Positions 1-13,552 are shown, counted from the whole stretch's first letter. The stretch is 60,089 nucleotides of DNA, filler included, from Sluysia triapertura (GCA_046118255.1; 4 parts of 4 records of this genome joined end to end with filler, not necessarily neighbours in it), one strand, 5' to 3'. The notes: generated by a model not told the origin, from the letters alone. Numbers and translations: made by a program.

Positions 1-72
<72 letters not shown>
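1..72. repeat. (TAA)n microsatellite
   Basis: Perfect trinucleotide run. Similar tracts at 13556-13609, 15065-15142, 17327-17390, 21236-21302, 55845-55907 and 60026-60089. Confidence 0.99.
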
Positions 73-73
<1 letters not shown>

Positions 74-540
74 GTTGAAGTACGAATTATAAAACATTGA
101 AAATGTATGCATAAGGGTCATAGGAGTTGAAGGAAACTATTGACTAATCTCTCAATTAGGAATTGAGGTTGAAATAAACGCTAGTATCTATCTTAAACGT
201 CGTGATGTTGCAATAAAATGCAAATTAGTTTTACAAACTAATGAAAGTATCGATCCCGTGAAATATCACTCTAATTATATTTACTACGAAACTTTTACAG
301 AAAAATAATAATATTATAAATTTGTAATCAGACAAACAAAATGATATTCATATATATAGTACTAAAAACGTTTGATAATTATAGTTAAATATTTTTAAAG
401 TTCATCTGCTATTCTGCTTATAAATTAAAATTACATTGACGATAAAGCACACCTAATGTATTCTTTTTAACAGTTTGTAAATTGTAAAATATTATTTAAT
501 AATTTCGAGAATATTAAAATTAATTTATTTATTTGGATAG

Positions 541-605
541 GTTAATGTAGAAACTGCGATTGAATCAAATTCCGAAATAAAAGAAAGAATGCAACAATAC
601 AAAAA
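541..605 (+). CDS. Possible isolated exon of an unknown gene (VNVETAIESNSEIKERMQQYK)
   Basis: T-rich acceptor ending ggatag at 540, gtatgt donor at 606, only one open frame. No recognisable homology. Confidence 0.3.
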
Positions 606-1724
606 GTATGTTTATTCAATAATAATGCATAAAGAATAAAGGACACTAAAATGGTAATTACATCTCGCTAATTGTCGCTTCTATTATTTTCATTGAATTT
701 TATAATGATTGTTTTGAAAATAATGTGAGTAATAAATTATTGATCGGTCAATTAGTCGATATATCGTGTTGTATAAGTTACTTATACAATAATAATCTTT
801 CAGTTTTATTGCTTTATTATTACTTTGAATGTTTAAGTTTAATTTTACTCTCAAAATCGAAACAAATGTAGTTACTCAATTTATTTATGAAAATTTATTC
901 GAAATCAATTTAAACCTTGCTTTATACTACGGTTTTCACATTTAATTCTAAACATAGATTGATTATAGCAAGCACTTAATTTCAAACTTATGTCAATCTA
1001 ATTAACTTCTAATTGCTTTTGTTTAGTGCAGCCTGTTACTACTTTATATATTTATAATAAATTTTATATACTTACTATCTTGTAAGTTTTATGGTTTGCT
1101 TTAGATATTATTTTTCATTGATGTTTTATTATAGGAAATAATTTTTTTGAATTTCATTCTTACCATGGATATTTTTGTAAATTTTTTCAACTTAATAGTT
1201 TATTAAATCCTATAACAGCATTTGGCAATAAAGCTGCCCAAATAATTTATTTACTTGGATCCTCATTGGGTTAACTAGAATTTATTTCCTTATGTTTGTA
1301 TTCATTTTTAATGTGTTGTTGCTTATTGAGATATTTTTGAAGTATTTACAGATTCTTTTATTTTGGCTTAATTTCCGGACATATCATTTCATTCTTTTAA
1401 GAGTTAGAGTAAATTTCAATATTTTTATTTATTAATTTAATTTAATTTGTTAGTTTAAATTTACTTTATAGATAGTTTAGGTTAATTAATAAATTTATTC
1501 AAAATTTGGGTTAGTTATTTTTATACACTTGATTTAAATTATAAAGTTAATTTATCTAAATATTCTTAATTTTATAAATTGGTTTTATAATATCGTGAGT
1601 ACTTTCGACGAACTTCGCTATCGTCAAAGGTGGAGTGCCAAATTTAGTATGAATGAGTTTTTAAGCCCTCTTATAAATAAAGTATCCCACAATAAATTAA
1701 ATTTTATTAGTAAAAATTGGATTA

Positions 1725-2260
1725 TTAATCCTTTGTCATTCGAGAGAAGTGCATAAATTCCATTTTTTTTGTATTCAATGTAATTTTGTCGACCAAATTT
1801 TCAGATGTAATTTTAGTTAGGATAGGATTCGGATCTATTGGCCTATCTTTACTTTCATTTTCCTTTTTGCTGGTTTCTGTGTATGGATTGCTATTAAGAT
1901 CAATTGCATAATCTGCTTTTCTTATGGCATTGTCATTTTCTATTATTTCATCATCATTTTTAGTAATTCCAATCTCACCATCCTCCATTACTTGTTTCAT
2001 AAAAGAACGTGGAATTTTGCCCAAATCTATATTGTCATCGAACTTATCTAGAGTTTCATTTGCGAATTTGCATACAATACAACAGCATTTAGTAACTCAT
2101 TATCTTTTCCCAAAGGATAACTAAAATTGTTTAGAAGCTGATATGGTTCCAAAAGCCTGTTTGGAAATTTTAAGTTAAAATCATAAAATCCACTCAAATT
2201 ATTCATTGATTTAGAAAATTTTGTAAGTCCCCGATATATTGAGGGGTAAAATCCACGTAA
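1725..2260 (-). mobile_element. Possible LTR-retrotransposon integrase C-terminal relic
   Basis: FTPQYIG/TYKI near 2215-2250 resembles the GPY/F motif and is followed by a 99-aa hydrophilic ORF. Confidence 0.3.
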
Positions 2261-2504
2261 ATTTTGATCAAGATTAGATTAAACGCTCTAGGAGCTTTAA
2301 TCTCTAATAATATCTAGTTATTTTTATTTCTTTATATTAATATCTATACATTTGATAAGTCTTTTGTAGATTTTTGTTAAATAGAATAATTTAATTCTTG
2401 TGTTCATTGATTAATAAATTATTACGTTTATTTAGTAGTTAAAGACCCTCTTAAGTTAATTTATTTTGCAGAGACTTTATTTTTAAGTAATCTTTAACGC
2501 TTAC

Positions 2505-3473
2505 TGTAACCGAACCCTGCTAAAAAATATATTGCCGTAGGTTAAGTGTTAGAAAAACTACAGCATAATGGAACAAATACATTTAACTATATATTGAATT
2601 AAATTTAAAGTACCCGTCTCAATATAAAATAAATATTAGATAATTTTGTTGTATTCGAAGAATTATTTTATTTATAACATCATCTTTTTTAGATATAGTA
2701 CAAAAATAGCACAGATATTTTAAGTAAATAAAATATCGTTGTAAAACAAACTTTTATTATCGATAATACTTGTCGATGTCGTCGGATTGGAAAGACAATG
2801 TGTTAATTAATACTTGGTACAAAGAAACATTTTAATTATGCATATAAATTTGTTTATAAATAATGAATATATTGATTTATTTGTTCTATTTTTACATAAG
2901 CCATAACAATAGAAAAATGTGTTCTCAATTGTTTTTGTAAATCTATTTATTTATTAACTGTATAGATAGATAGATTTTCCATTGGTTTAATTAATAACAA
3001 TAAATATAATTTTCATTTATTCATTACATAAAAATCACATTTATTGTAACTATACAACGAAAGATAAGCATAAATTTTCTAATGGTTTGTTTTCGTTTTT
3101 AAACTATTTAAACAATTTTCTTCACTTTTTTCGATTAATTTATAAAATTATAATAAAACAAAAATATAATTTTAAATTAAAGTTATAAAATAAATATTAT
3201 AGCAACATCAAAATAAACACAAAGAAATAACGAAGCAACAAATAAATAGAACATGAATTCTAATAAGAAATTGAATAGTACGTGGATAAAATTGCCTCTA
3301 AACCATCTTAGAGTAAAATAAATTAGAGCTGAAATTATAGAACAGATACGATTATAACAAGAACAAAATTTAATATAAAAATAAAACAAAAGATTTATTT
3401 AATCTTGGAAATATTCTTTGAAACATTTTTAGTGTTTATGCTGTGGTTTTCTTAAATCTAAACCTACGGCAAT
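2505..3473. mobile_element. Non-autonomous TIR element beginning TGTAACCG (right TIR incomplete)
   Basis: 2531-2566 attgccgtaggttaagtgttagaaaaactacagcat is inverted at 3438-3473; the same end occurs at 59107. Confidence 0.65.
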
Positions 3474-4189
3474 GAGTGAACAATATGTTTAGCTGTTTCT
3501 TTATTAATAAATTTTCGAATATGTGATATTTTACTTAATTGATATTTATACTTTTTAACAATACAATTAATATTTTCTTCCATGTTCATTTTTGAATCCA
3601 TATAACATTTAAAAATTCATTGAAAACATTTACTCATTATTTTATAACATTAGAATCACAATTACACCTTAAAATTTAATCTAAAATGCGTAACATGAAT
3701 TTAAAATACCATAAGTTCTCAACATTTAGCTTTTTAGACTTTTAAAGATAATAAATAATGTCTAGAAATAAGATGTATAAGCAGAAAGATCATGTTATAA
3801 CAAAAGATTAATGCGGTTATATTTTTGTATTTTCATTATTATTATTATTATCCATATTTTGCTATAATTATCATTATTCCCGTCATTTTTTATTATCATT
3901 ATTATTACTGTAATTATTATGATTATTACTATTTCTCATCATTCCATTAAAACTTGCTATTTAGTGGTTTTTACCACTATCTATACTGACATTGCTGATA
4001 ATTGCCGTCTGGTTCTTGTGCCAAAAAATTAATTTTACCTCTTTACTTGATTGGATGTCCAGTCAGTACTATTTTATCATTATACATTGATGATATTAAC
4101 AATTTTTAGTAAAAGCCCAGTAATTAGATATCAGCGGCAAGAGTTATTAGAAAAATTTAAAAATTATTTTCTTTTTGGACGTAAAAATA

Positions 4190-4810
4190 ACAATTATAGT
4201 GAATGCAAGTTTGAAAAATTCAATTATGGTTCATTAAAATCAACTCAAGATAATGTTAAGCGAAAATATGAACAACTTTTATCCGAATTTAATAAACAGA
4301 TGGAACTAACTAAATGAATTACAATTGTCATAATTCTACTACATTTCTTAGTTTGGTTAATTCTGATAATACAATTCTTAATAAAGTGGTTGTCGTTTTA
4401 TCCACTGCATATTCTGAAGTGGAATATCTATTAAAAGAAGCTCATACTAAATTGCTACCAGCTACGTCGTTTCATGGTCAATGTAAAGAACCGAAAGATG
4501 ATGAAATGTTATATGTTCCTGTCATGATGGATGCGTTTATGCCAACGTTGAATGACATAATGCGTAATGTTAATCGCGTGAATGAAGTCAAATCATGGAG
4601 CTTTCTTGATTGATGCAAGTAACTTAAGTTTTGAGGCTATATATGAAACAATGTCATTCTTATTTTTTCTTCTGACATCATTTGATGCTAACCTTACAAA
4701 TCCTAGTGCGTTTTTAGATTGTTTAGGAACCTCTGCTAAACAAGACCCAGAAAGATCCAACCTTTTGAGATTTTACTGATGAATTTAGAAGGAAAGCTAA
4801 TCCAAGACTA
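4190..4810 (+). pseudogene. WASHC4: WASH complex subunit 4 (SWIP/KIAA1033) N-terminal fragment, frameshifted, with internal deletions
   Basis: Consecutive small ORFs match the WASHC4 N-terminus in order: FEKFNYGSLK..KYEQLLSEFNKQM; FLSLVNSDNTILNKVVVVLSTAYSEVEYLLKEAHTK; IDASNLSFEAIYETMSFLFFLLTSFD; NLEGKL (compare [36 protein letters not shown] and LKLEGQL). Recognised from memory. Confidence 0.8.
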
Positions 4811-5124
4811 TAGTAAATCACTGAAGATAAACGAAGTATTAAATCTAAAAATAATATGTTTAACTGGAAATGCCAATATAATTGATCAACCAACAGAACT
4901 TAGTATTTCTAATTTCTGTAGGATATCAGTTACTCCTTATCAGATTTCAGTGATGCTTCATTACACTAATCAGATTAAAGAAATTTTTTGTTCCAATCAA
5001 TACTTAGTGATCTGCGGTGTAATCGATTATTTGAGGAAATTGTGAGGGATTCGCGAATTCTATCAACAAAGTCTAGTGATAAAAGGATGAAGAAAAACAA
5101 AAGGAATTGTAAACGAATGCAAAA

Positions 5125-5730
5125 TTGTGTAACAGAATGCCATTATCAGATCGTAAAGAAGTCGGATGTCTGCTACATGATCCACAATTTGTTGAAGTCG
5201 AATTAATTTGTGATATGTTAAATGATGTTATAAAACGAAGTACTTGTAGAATATCAAACATCGAAAGTGTAGAACCGTCGATCGATATTTGTAATGTTAA
5301 TATTCAACAACCTACAACCCCGGTCTATAACTTCAATCACAGGCATCATGATTCAATTCAGAATTCACACTTAAATGAACATTACGAGACGGCATTATGC
5401 ACTTGTGACATGACACATTCTGGGGTTTGTCAAAAGCACGGTATTAATTGTCAATACTTACACTCTGTCCAAGAACTTAATGGATTGGAAATCAACTCGG
5501 CAGTCTACAACAGTCATCGTAATCGTATAAAAACTTTACAGGAATCCATAGATAGTTTCATTTTGGCAAAGTCCACATTAACAACGTCGCTCGAAATACT
5601 ACAGTCCGAAGAATCTACATCAGTCGAAATTAAAGTAATTTATAAACATTATTATGATGATAACTTGATTTTATATTTTTATTCAGTAATCGAAACATGG
5701 CCCGGCATGACACATAGATATTCTGTGTAA
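5125..5730 (+). CDS. CCCH zinc-finger-containing ORF (shared 3' module of the cassette family)
   Basis: HYETALC-x9-C-x6-CQYLHSVQEL (5380-5478) resembles YKTxLC...C...CxFAHxxxEL fingers of the Roquin/TIS11 type. Predicted 52-nt intron at 5635-5686. Confidence 0.6.
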   Translation: MCNRMPLSDRKEVGCLLHDPQFVEVELICDMLNDVIKRSTCRISNIESVEPSIDICNVNIQQPTTPVYNFNHRHHDSIQNSHLNEHYETALCTCDMTHSGVCQKHGINCQYLHSVQELNGLEINSAVYNSHRNRIKTLQESIDSFILAKSTLTTSLEILQSEESTSVEIKVIYKHYYDDNLILYFYSVIETWPGMTHRYSV

Positions 5731-8009
5731 TATTAATAAAAACTTAGGTTTTTAATAGTGTTCCTTTTTAATTTACTAAATGACAGAATAATTTCATTTA
5801 ATAAGTTAATGAGAAAATGTAATATTTATAAGTACAATAAAGTTTTAACAACAAATTTTAAAATAATAAATACATTGTTAACAATTTTAATAAAATCTTA
5901 TAATACAACTAATATTAAACCATCACATCACATTAAAGTGTATTAAAGAAAAAATAACTAATGCAAACGCCCATATAATGTTCAAGCAATACAAATACAC
6001 GTATATAAGTACTAATACACATATACACATATATCAACAATATACAATAATCTTGACAAAATTACGATTTATTAGTATTATTATTATAGTCTATCACTTG
6101 TACTGTTTTTCTATATTAATATATTCTTTATTCAATTATTATCATTTGAAAGGTTCACTTTAACGAACCTCAGTAAAATTATTATTGTTTCAATTAATTG
6201 TTTCAATTTAATTAATTGTTTCAGTTTAATTAATTGTTTCAATTTAACAACCAAAGTAAAATATTTCAGTTTTTTTAACTATTACGTTTAAATTAGTAAA
6301 ATTTAATATAAAATATCTCAAATTAAAATATCAATTCTTTCAGTCTCTTTATGAAAGATGCCTAGTAAATAAACTTCCACATTTTAAATTATATAATTAC
6401 AGTTCTTTAAAAGATTTCCTACATAATTTCATTAAGTATATATATTAAATCAATTTAGAATAAAATCTCCATAAGTTTCCTTTTACTTTTAAAATCCAAC
6501 GGCTAACCCTAACCATTAAGTCTAGATACGTTGATGAACTCACTTATATCTACTTTTATTCGTTTAACGTTTTTTCTAACAAAATGAAAAAAAATGATAG
6601 CATTATTGATGAAATTATCATGTTAATTGATTTTAAAAATTATAGTAATCAGTATAGGCGGTATATCAATTATCTCCATCGTTCAATTCGTATATCTTGA
6701 TCTCGTTCGGCGGAATTTTATAATAATTAATGATAATGATGATTTTTAAAGAATAAATATTTGCACAATATTATCTGCATACTAGTTTAAGTACTTAAAT
6801 ATTATAAAAAAGTAATTTCATTTTGGGTAACTAACATATGTACTAATTTTATACAAAAATTACTTAAAATGTAAGTAAGTAATAATTATTAATTATTGAA
6901 ATTAATTTGTGTGATTGGCTAAGACTCATTATACATTCTGATTCATTTTTAATCACAGGCATAATTTCAATTCAAGTTGACAGTGGTCAACATTCTTATT
7001 ATTCTAATTTAGACGCCATATTATTTCGAGAAAAATGATATTAATTAATAATTAAAAATGATAGAGCTACTTAATTGATTTTCCGTTTTACACTGATATT
7101 ATGTGATATTTAATTTTTTCATTACACGTTTAACAGAATTGAACTTAGTCGTTCTAATTCTTGTATTATTATTAAAAGATAAATAAAGGAATTAATTCTA
7201 AATAATTGCAGAATTTTTACACAAACTGGTTTCCGTAAATTAATAATTGTGTCGAATTGAAATTATTAATTACTTTAAATCAATACTATAGAAGTTATAT
7301 GATCAAAGATCCATGTAGTTACATTAATATAATGATTGATACAGAATATGTTAGGGAGTAAAAGGCATAAAATTTTGTCGTCATTTGACATAGTTACAGG
7401 CACGCCTACTCCACGTTTTAAGTGTGATCCTGATAAAATTTATTTTGTTTTAGATTGGTATTAAGATAAGATATCAATAGGCATTACTGAACAATCCTAA
7501 GGATTCAGAATTGTATATTCCTAAGTATCAAAATTATTCATTCCTAATTTGAATAGTTTCTTCATTTGCGGAATAATGGTAAAACATTTAGAAGATTATC
7601 TGACTTAGAGCTTTATTTACAACTTTAAATGATTTTTTTCTAAATGTGTTACTAAATCTTTCTTTATCTCAATTGCGGTTTAATAAACTTTCATTTTATT
7701 TCCATATTCAATTCGAGTTTTAAAAATGACACAATTTTCGCAGAAATAATCTCGATTAAATGTTTTGTTAAGATTTTCGCTCAACTTTGCATAATACTTA
7801 ATTTCAAAACTTTTATTAAAAAAATGATTGCATAAAAATAAATTTAAATAAACGCCATTTTTGATTTTACTACATTATCAAATAATTCGTTCTGTGGATA
7901 TTTATTTTTGGTAAGAAATGCAGAAATTATTGAAGGAGTATAAAAATTTTTATATTTTAACTTATATACTTTTCAGACATTCAATACATTATTCATTGAA
8001 ATGTACATA

Positions 8010-8720
8010 TAATCAAGTAATGAAATTGGATAGGTCTGCACTATCTTCATGTTGTAATTGTAAATACTTTCATAGGATCTATAAGAAAATTCTCAATCTT
8101 CGCCTAATCGACTGGATTAAAAGGTAATCTTATAAGCCCAACCCAGAAAGAACTTATCTACCCGGATGCTTGTTCAGGACATTCATATACTTCAGACTTT
8201 ACTACATGCTAATGCGGTGCACTTTCCGAAAACAACCTTATTTGTTTGTTGGCACGACATTTTCAATGCTTTCGGTTCAGTTCTTTACAGCTACTTGTTT
8301 TGTTTGCCCTCATATTTATTCTGCTGTTCCAGACTATCCTTTAGTCATGTCACTCTTACTTATCCATTGAATTCATGATTCGATTTGCTATCCAAAATAT
8401 TGAACCCTTCATTTACCTGAATTATTCCTTCGCCTTCCTAGCTCACGATGGTTATATTATGACTATCAAAATCAGTAGATTCTGTAAAAACACTCTTAAT
8501 AAACTAAATACTCTTTCTGCTCTTATAAATCTTAAATTCCGACCTGATAAATGTAGCTTTATTAATACAGCTAACTCCATGAGAAATTGTACGATTTATG
8601 ACACTCATTGATCGTTTTTGATTCAAAGATTCACTCTACTTACTTTGATTCTAAGGTGGTTGCTGATAAAAACAACTCTGTCCGAATTCTAACTTCACCT
8701 TATCCATAAAATTGGGACAA
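8010..8720 (+). mobile_element. Non-LTR retrotransposon reverse-transcriptase relic (RLE type, R2/NeSL/Hero-like)
   Basis: IYKKILNLRLIDW, LFVCWHDIFNAFGSV (compare WLDLxNAFGSV), DYPLVMSLL, FAFLAHDG, INLKFRPDKCS in the expected order; heavily frameshifted. Confidence 0.75.
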
Positions 8721-10948
8721 AGTATACATTCTTTCAAGGTTTTTCTACAGATTCAGAGTTTCCAAGATTCGATGAATTCAACTCGTGAATGCCTGAAGGA
8801 AATCTAATAATGACGAAAATTACTCATAAGCAGTTCCGGACTTTTCTGCGACCTTGCTTGCAACTTAACTTTAATTTTTCTTCTGCTGACAATAACTGAC
8901 CTCGCTAGACTTTTTGCACACTGAATACCTCATCCAAAGATTTATTCATTGTTTTAGAATTCTCGCATTCTATAATGATAAAGAGGCTTGAGGATAAATA
9001 CCTTCTAATAGTTGATAACTTAAAATATTAAAGAGCTTTCATATTGATCCTTTGTCATATAACACAATTTCTAAATCTAAATCTAGTAATAATTAAGAAA
9101 ATAATAATAATGATACTAATTTGGAAAACAAAATTATAATAAATAATAATAAACAGACAAATAATAATAATATAATATTAACAATAAATTATACAATAAA
9201 AATAGTTTTCTTTTATAACAATAATAATTTTTACACGCTTAGTAGTCTGTTTTTCATCAAAAATATAAAAATAAAAAGTACATTGTATTCATTAAAAATA
9301 ACAAAACACAGAATACATACGTACTCACTCATAAATTACTGCTGATAAAGAGAACCAGTGAAAAAAGAGTAAGTAGGTACTCATATTTTAGTGGAATAGA
9401 ATTAAGCGCTTATGTGCTTCATTCACAATAATAGTGATTTCAAATCTATACAATTTTAATTGTCGCAAAAATGTTGACACTTTATTACTGGCAATATTTG
9501 TTAATCAATATTATTCCACTTCTTGTTTATCAATTGTGATAGCTAGTTTTCGACAAATCTAATAAAGTGATTACAAAGATATATTCAAAGTCAAATCACT
9601 TGACGTTAGTTTTATTATAAGTTTTGACTACTTTAAATTATTGCGTAAAATCTTACAACAATTTTAACAACATTTTAAAACGTATATCTGAAATTAATTT
9701 AGTAACCTTTAAAGTGAATAAGCTTTATATCAAAATATTCATGCCCTTTTATTACTATTAGTGAAAATCTTTATATTTTATTCTTAACAAAATTGTGATT
9801 TACATAATCACAGTAACATATTTTTCCAGTTGACTAGAAGAATGATTAAATATTTCTGCGCCAATTTTTATAAATCCTTTTTAAATAAAAATGCACATTA
9901 AAGGGAACAATTTCTATAGTTTTAAATTAGTAAAATCTATCTGTTTTGTAATTTTTCACGCCGGTTTCAATACGAGGATAAATGACCATTTTTCGTCCTA
10001 GTTTAAAAAAATACTCAAATATATTATTAAAATTAAATTAGCTGAAGCTAGAACTCATATAGTAAAGTATATAACATTTATAATATTATTTCAATCGATT
10101 GTTCTATTTTACTCGACTCCAAGAATTGTACAATCTTTATAAAGTTATAAGATTGCTTAATTTTAAGTATTCGATATCACTTGACTATTTTCAATTTAAA
10201 TCATATGAACGGGCCCTTAATTGTGTAATATTCGGATCACAGGCGAATTCTTAAATTATTAAAAACAATTATGATTATAGGATTTCGTTGAAAAACCACG
10301 TAAATAGATAATGAAGAGATTCAGTGCACATTCAAGATAAAGAAAGTTTACTCTACGTTATCTTGTAAAACAAACGTAAAACCAATAAATATTTAGAGTA
10401 TCTTTTCCTTATGATTAGTGGAACATTACAATATGTTATTTTGTTAACGATGGTAATGAAATATATATGAAAAACTGCAAATAAATTACACATGTGATAC
10501 ATGTAAATAAAATTATAAAACTTTGTCTTGTGCCAGTTTTTACATATTTGAAAATATTTTAAGCATTTTTATTCGGTTTGGAAAATGAATATTAATCTAT
10601 GGTGCACCTATATTATGAGGTTTATACTCTCCTGAGAAATTTAAGAAAGTGCTTATTCTAATTTATTAGTAATTTTAGAGTATGTATATCAATGTGTAAT
10701 TTTTCTTATGTAACGTAATATTTATACAACAATTTTTTATACAATAATTTTTATTAAAAATTTTATAGTTAATTTATTTTCAAGTCCTAATTTATTTACA
10801 TGCTTAATATTAAGGGAGCATTCCCTCATTTACCTTTTATAATCTAAATCTTCCGAAGACTTATAAATTTCTTTCTTGATTAATTAGGGTTTGTTTCAAA
10901 TTGTTGAAATTAGTTAAGTAATTAAATTAAATTAAGATTTAATTTAAA

Positions 10949-11008
10949 TGTGAGTCCTCTATGATACTGGACTTATTCACTTAAGGGCCAGCACATAGAT
11001 TTTTGCAG
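10949..11008 (+). repeat. Short dispersed hairpin repeat (also 27538-27585, 27910-27975, and 41602-41636 minus)
   Basis: ctctatgatactggactta(c/t)tcact(g/t)aagggccagc.catagat is seen four times. Confidence 0.8.
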
Positions 11009-11418
11009 TTTTATAAAATCTATGGGCCTTATATAATATCAAGTCGAAACCAATATGTAAAGTAAATTATCAGATCAATACAATTTTAACAAATAATTTG
11101 ATTATTAACTTATACGCTAATTAAGCGACGTTAATTCGTTTATTTCGTTTTTATCTTCTTGAACTCTAAGAAAAAAACGTTTCTCTTTTATTAAAAAGCT
11201 TATCAGTTATCAATTGCTTGATATCAATAATAATAGATTAACACTACTAAAAATTTATTAAATAAATTAAAAACAATGATTACAGCAAATACTAATAAAT
11301 AGAACGTTCAACTCAACACGATACAAAAAAATTTTAGAATAAATAGGTATATAGTATTTATGTAAATAAAGGTAAAATATGTTGTAATTACTATATATAT
11401 ATATATATATATATATAT

Positions 11419-11518
11419 NNNNNNNNNNNNNNNNNNNNNNNNNNNNNNNNNNNNNNNNNNNNTTAATTAATTAANNNNNNNNNNNNNNNNNNNNNNNNNN
11501 NNNNNNNNNNNNNNNNNN
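11419..11518. other. Assembly gap with artificial TTAATTAATTAA spacer (also 23037-23136 and 38042-38141; plain N gap at 52533-52816)
   Basis: Identical 100-nt N44-TTAATTAATTAA-N44 structure occurs three times. Confidence 0.97.
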
Positions 11519-11591
11519 GTCTTTTTTTGTGCGATTTTTTTTATGCGGATTTCCCTGGAACGCATCTACCGCATAAAAAAAGAACCAAGTG
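11519..11591. mobile_element. Right end of a related pogo-like MITE, cut by a gap
   Basis: ctttttttgtgcg...ttttatgcgg...ccgcataaaaaaagaaccaagtg|TA parallels 56640-56766. Confidence 0.6.
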
Positions 11592-12996
11592 TATTTCGTT
11601 TTTCACAAAAATTACAATTTACTTTTTTTACGCATGACAAGTATATTTGTGGTATAATAGTTTGAATTTAACTGAACATTCTTTGGTACTTGTTGTAATC
11701 GTTTGAATTTAACTGAAAACATTTCAATTTAAAATATTTGTAATATTATTTATATTTACTTTTAACCACAATTAAAAAATTTAAATTTTGAAAATAATGC
11801 CAATTAGAAAAATAAAACTACTTGTGAATAAGTTATTTGCCTTTATTTCAGACTGGTAATACAATTTCAAATTTTAAATAAAATTTCGTTAAACTTAAAG
11901 TTTTATTGATTTTTGGAAATTGAAAGGTACGGTTCAAAAGTTATATATTACGGGATTTTAATTGGCACTTTCATTTTTACCAACAGAGACGAGTTTAAAT
12001 TCAACCTCCAGGATAAATTTATATTAAGTCATTAAAGAGATAAAAGAAAAAATTTATCGGCAAAATAAATAAAGAAAAACTAAATTATTTAAAAAAATAC
12101 TTTGTAAGGGTCGAAAATTATTTCAAAGATTAAAGTAGAACTATTTATTATTTATTAAGAATTATTAATTTATAGTTATAATATGATCATTACATGAAAG
12201 AATTTTATAAATTATAACTAGATATTATTATTAAAATGGATAACTTTTAAATAAGAATATCTATGTATCTAAAATTAATATAAACCATAATTATGTAATA
12301 ATTGGCCAGATTTATCACTTTTAATTACTAATATTAATAAAGTTTTATTAATTACAAAATGTTCAATTTAAAAGCTTTTATTTCAATTATCAAAACAATA
12401 ATCACCTTCACCAAATTTACAAAATAAAGTTAAATTTTAGATCCAATTAGTGGCTTAAATAGCATCAAAAAGAATCTATCTTATAAAAGTTATATTTAAC
12501 CTATTTTAACATTAGAGCAAATCTGTTGTTTCGTGGAGGTTATGAAACTGTCCTCGTTGTTAGAGATGGAAACGAAATGTTTTAATTGTAAGAAATATTT
12601 TAAAATGAAATTTTTAATATAAGGTTTACTTAGTTATTAGACTTACATTATCTTAAGTTTTGCTGAAATAATTCTGATAATAAAGCTTCTCAAACTCTAG
12701 AATTCCTCAGAATTTGTGACTTAAATTCTCACTAAGAACTGAAATATTTTTTTACTGAAATTGCAATTTTTATAAACTAACACCACTTAATTGCAACTTT
12801 GTGAACCATACGAATTACTTATAATGTTAATTTCCTTTTTGTGTATGTGATGCTTGAGACACGATTTCATATTACGATTATGATTATTATAATTATAATT
12901 ACATTACACATCTACCATCACGTTATAGACAAAGTCTGATAAAATTTATCCATAGAATTCTTGAAGTTAGAAGTGAATATATAAAACTCGCACTTA

Positions 12997-13513
12997 CAGT
13001 TGTGGTCAAATTATTAGACTAAAGACAATTGTGATAAAATTCAACATTTTCAAGGACATTATGAAACTACTAATCAAAAGTGTTTTACCGGCAACTATTA
13101 CCGACAATTGTCACTGGAAATGTAAAATGTTGGAAAATAATTACTTTCTCCAAAAAAATTCTGGTGAAAGTAAAATAATAGATAAAAACGCTTTAGATCC
13201 AAAACGTACAGAAATTTTATTCATGCAAAATGATAGCACAATTTAATACAAATCAAATGTGTTGTATCAGTACTTCGTTTGCCCTCCTTTTTTATCCAAT
13301 AATATCCTGATCCTTAAACGCATGCTACGGAAGAGCTTTGGGCACAAGTCTCGTCATCGCGATGTCACGCTTTTAGTAGGTTTCAATAAGTTCCGTCCTA
13401 GTGGTTGGTTTCTCACAGATTTCTGTGGGATTCATGTTTGGAGAGTTTCCAGGTCAGAAAACCGAAGAAAATCATGTTTTTCCTGTTTAAGTCTAATAAT
13501 TTGGCCACCACTG
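12997..13513 (-). mobile_element. Internally deleted Tc1-family DNA transposon
   Basis: 24-bp TIRs CAGT(T/G)GTGG(T/C)CAAATTATTAGACT with TA on both sides. The minus strand keeps (W)PGNSPNMNPTE and SMRLRIRILLDKKGGQTKY* remnants. Confidence 0.9.
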
Positions 13514-13552
13514 TATAATAAACAAATAGTTAATTGCTATTTAAATTGAAAA

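Larger units (their letters stand above)
3590..5950 (+). mobile_element. Cassette family copy A (5'-truncated): arm, promoter-like block, WASHC4 cargo, CCCH module
   Basis: Arm motif aacattagaatcacaattacaccttaaa (3646-3673) shared with copies D and F; AGAAAGATCATG at 3783-3794; ATT tract at 3836-3935; small ATTGG hairpin at ~4028-4045; shared intron at 5635-5686. Boundaries approximate. Confidence 0.7.

Noticed and set aside
541-605. Exon 541-605 as the upstream V-ATPase exon (phase compatible)
   Set aside because: Its peptide does not resemble the expected transmembrane ...FG..LS..NH segment.
11463-11474. TTAATTAATTAA palindrome recurring three times
   Set aside because: Always centred in a 100-nt N block; it is an artificial all-frame-stop scaffolding spacer.
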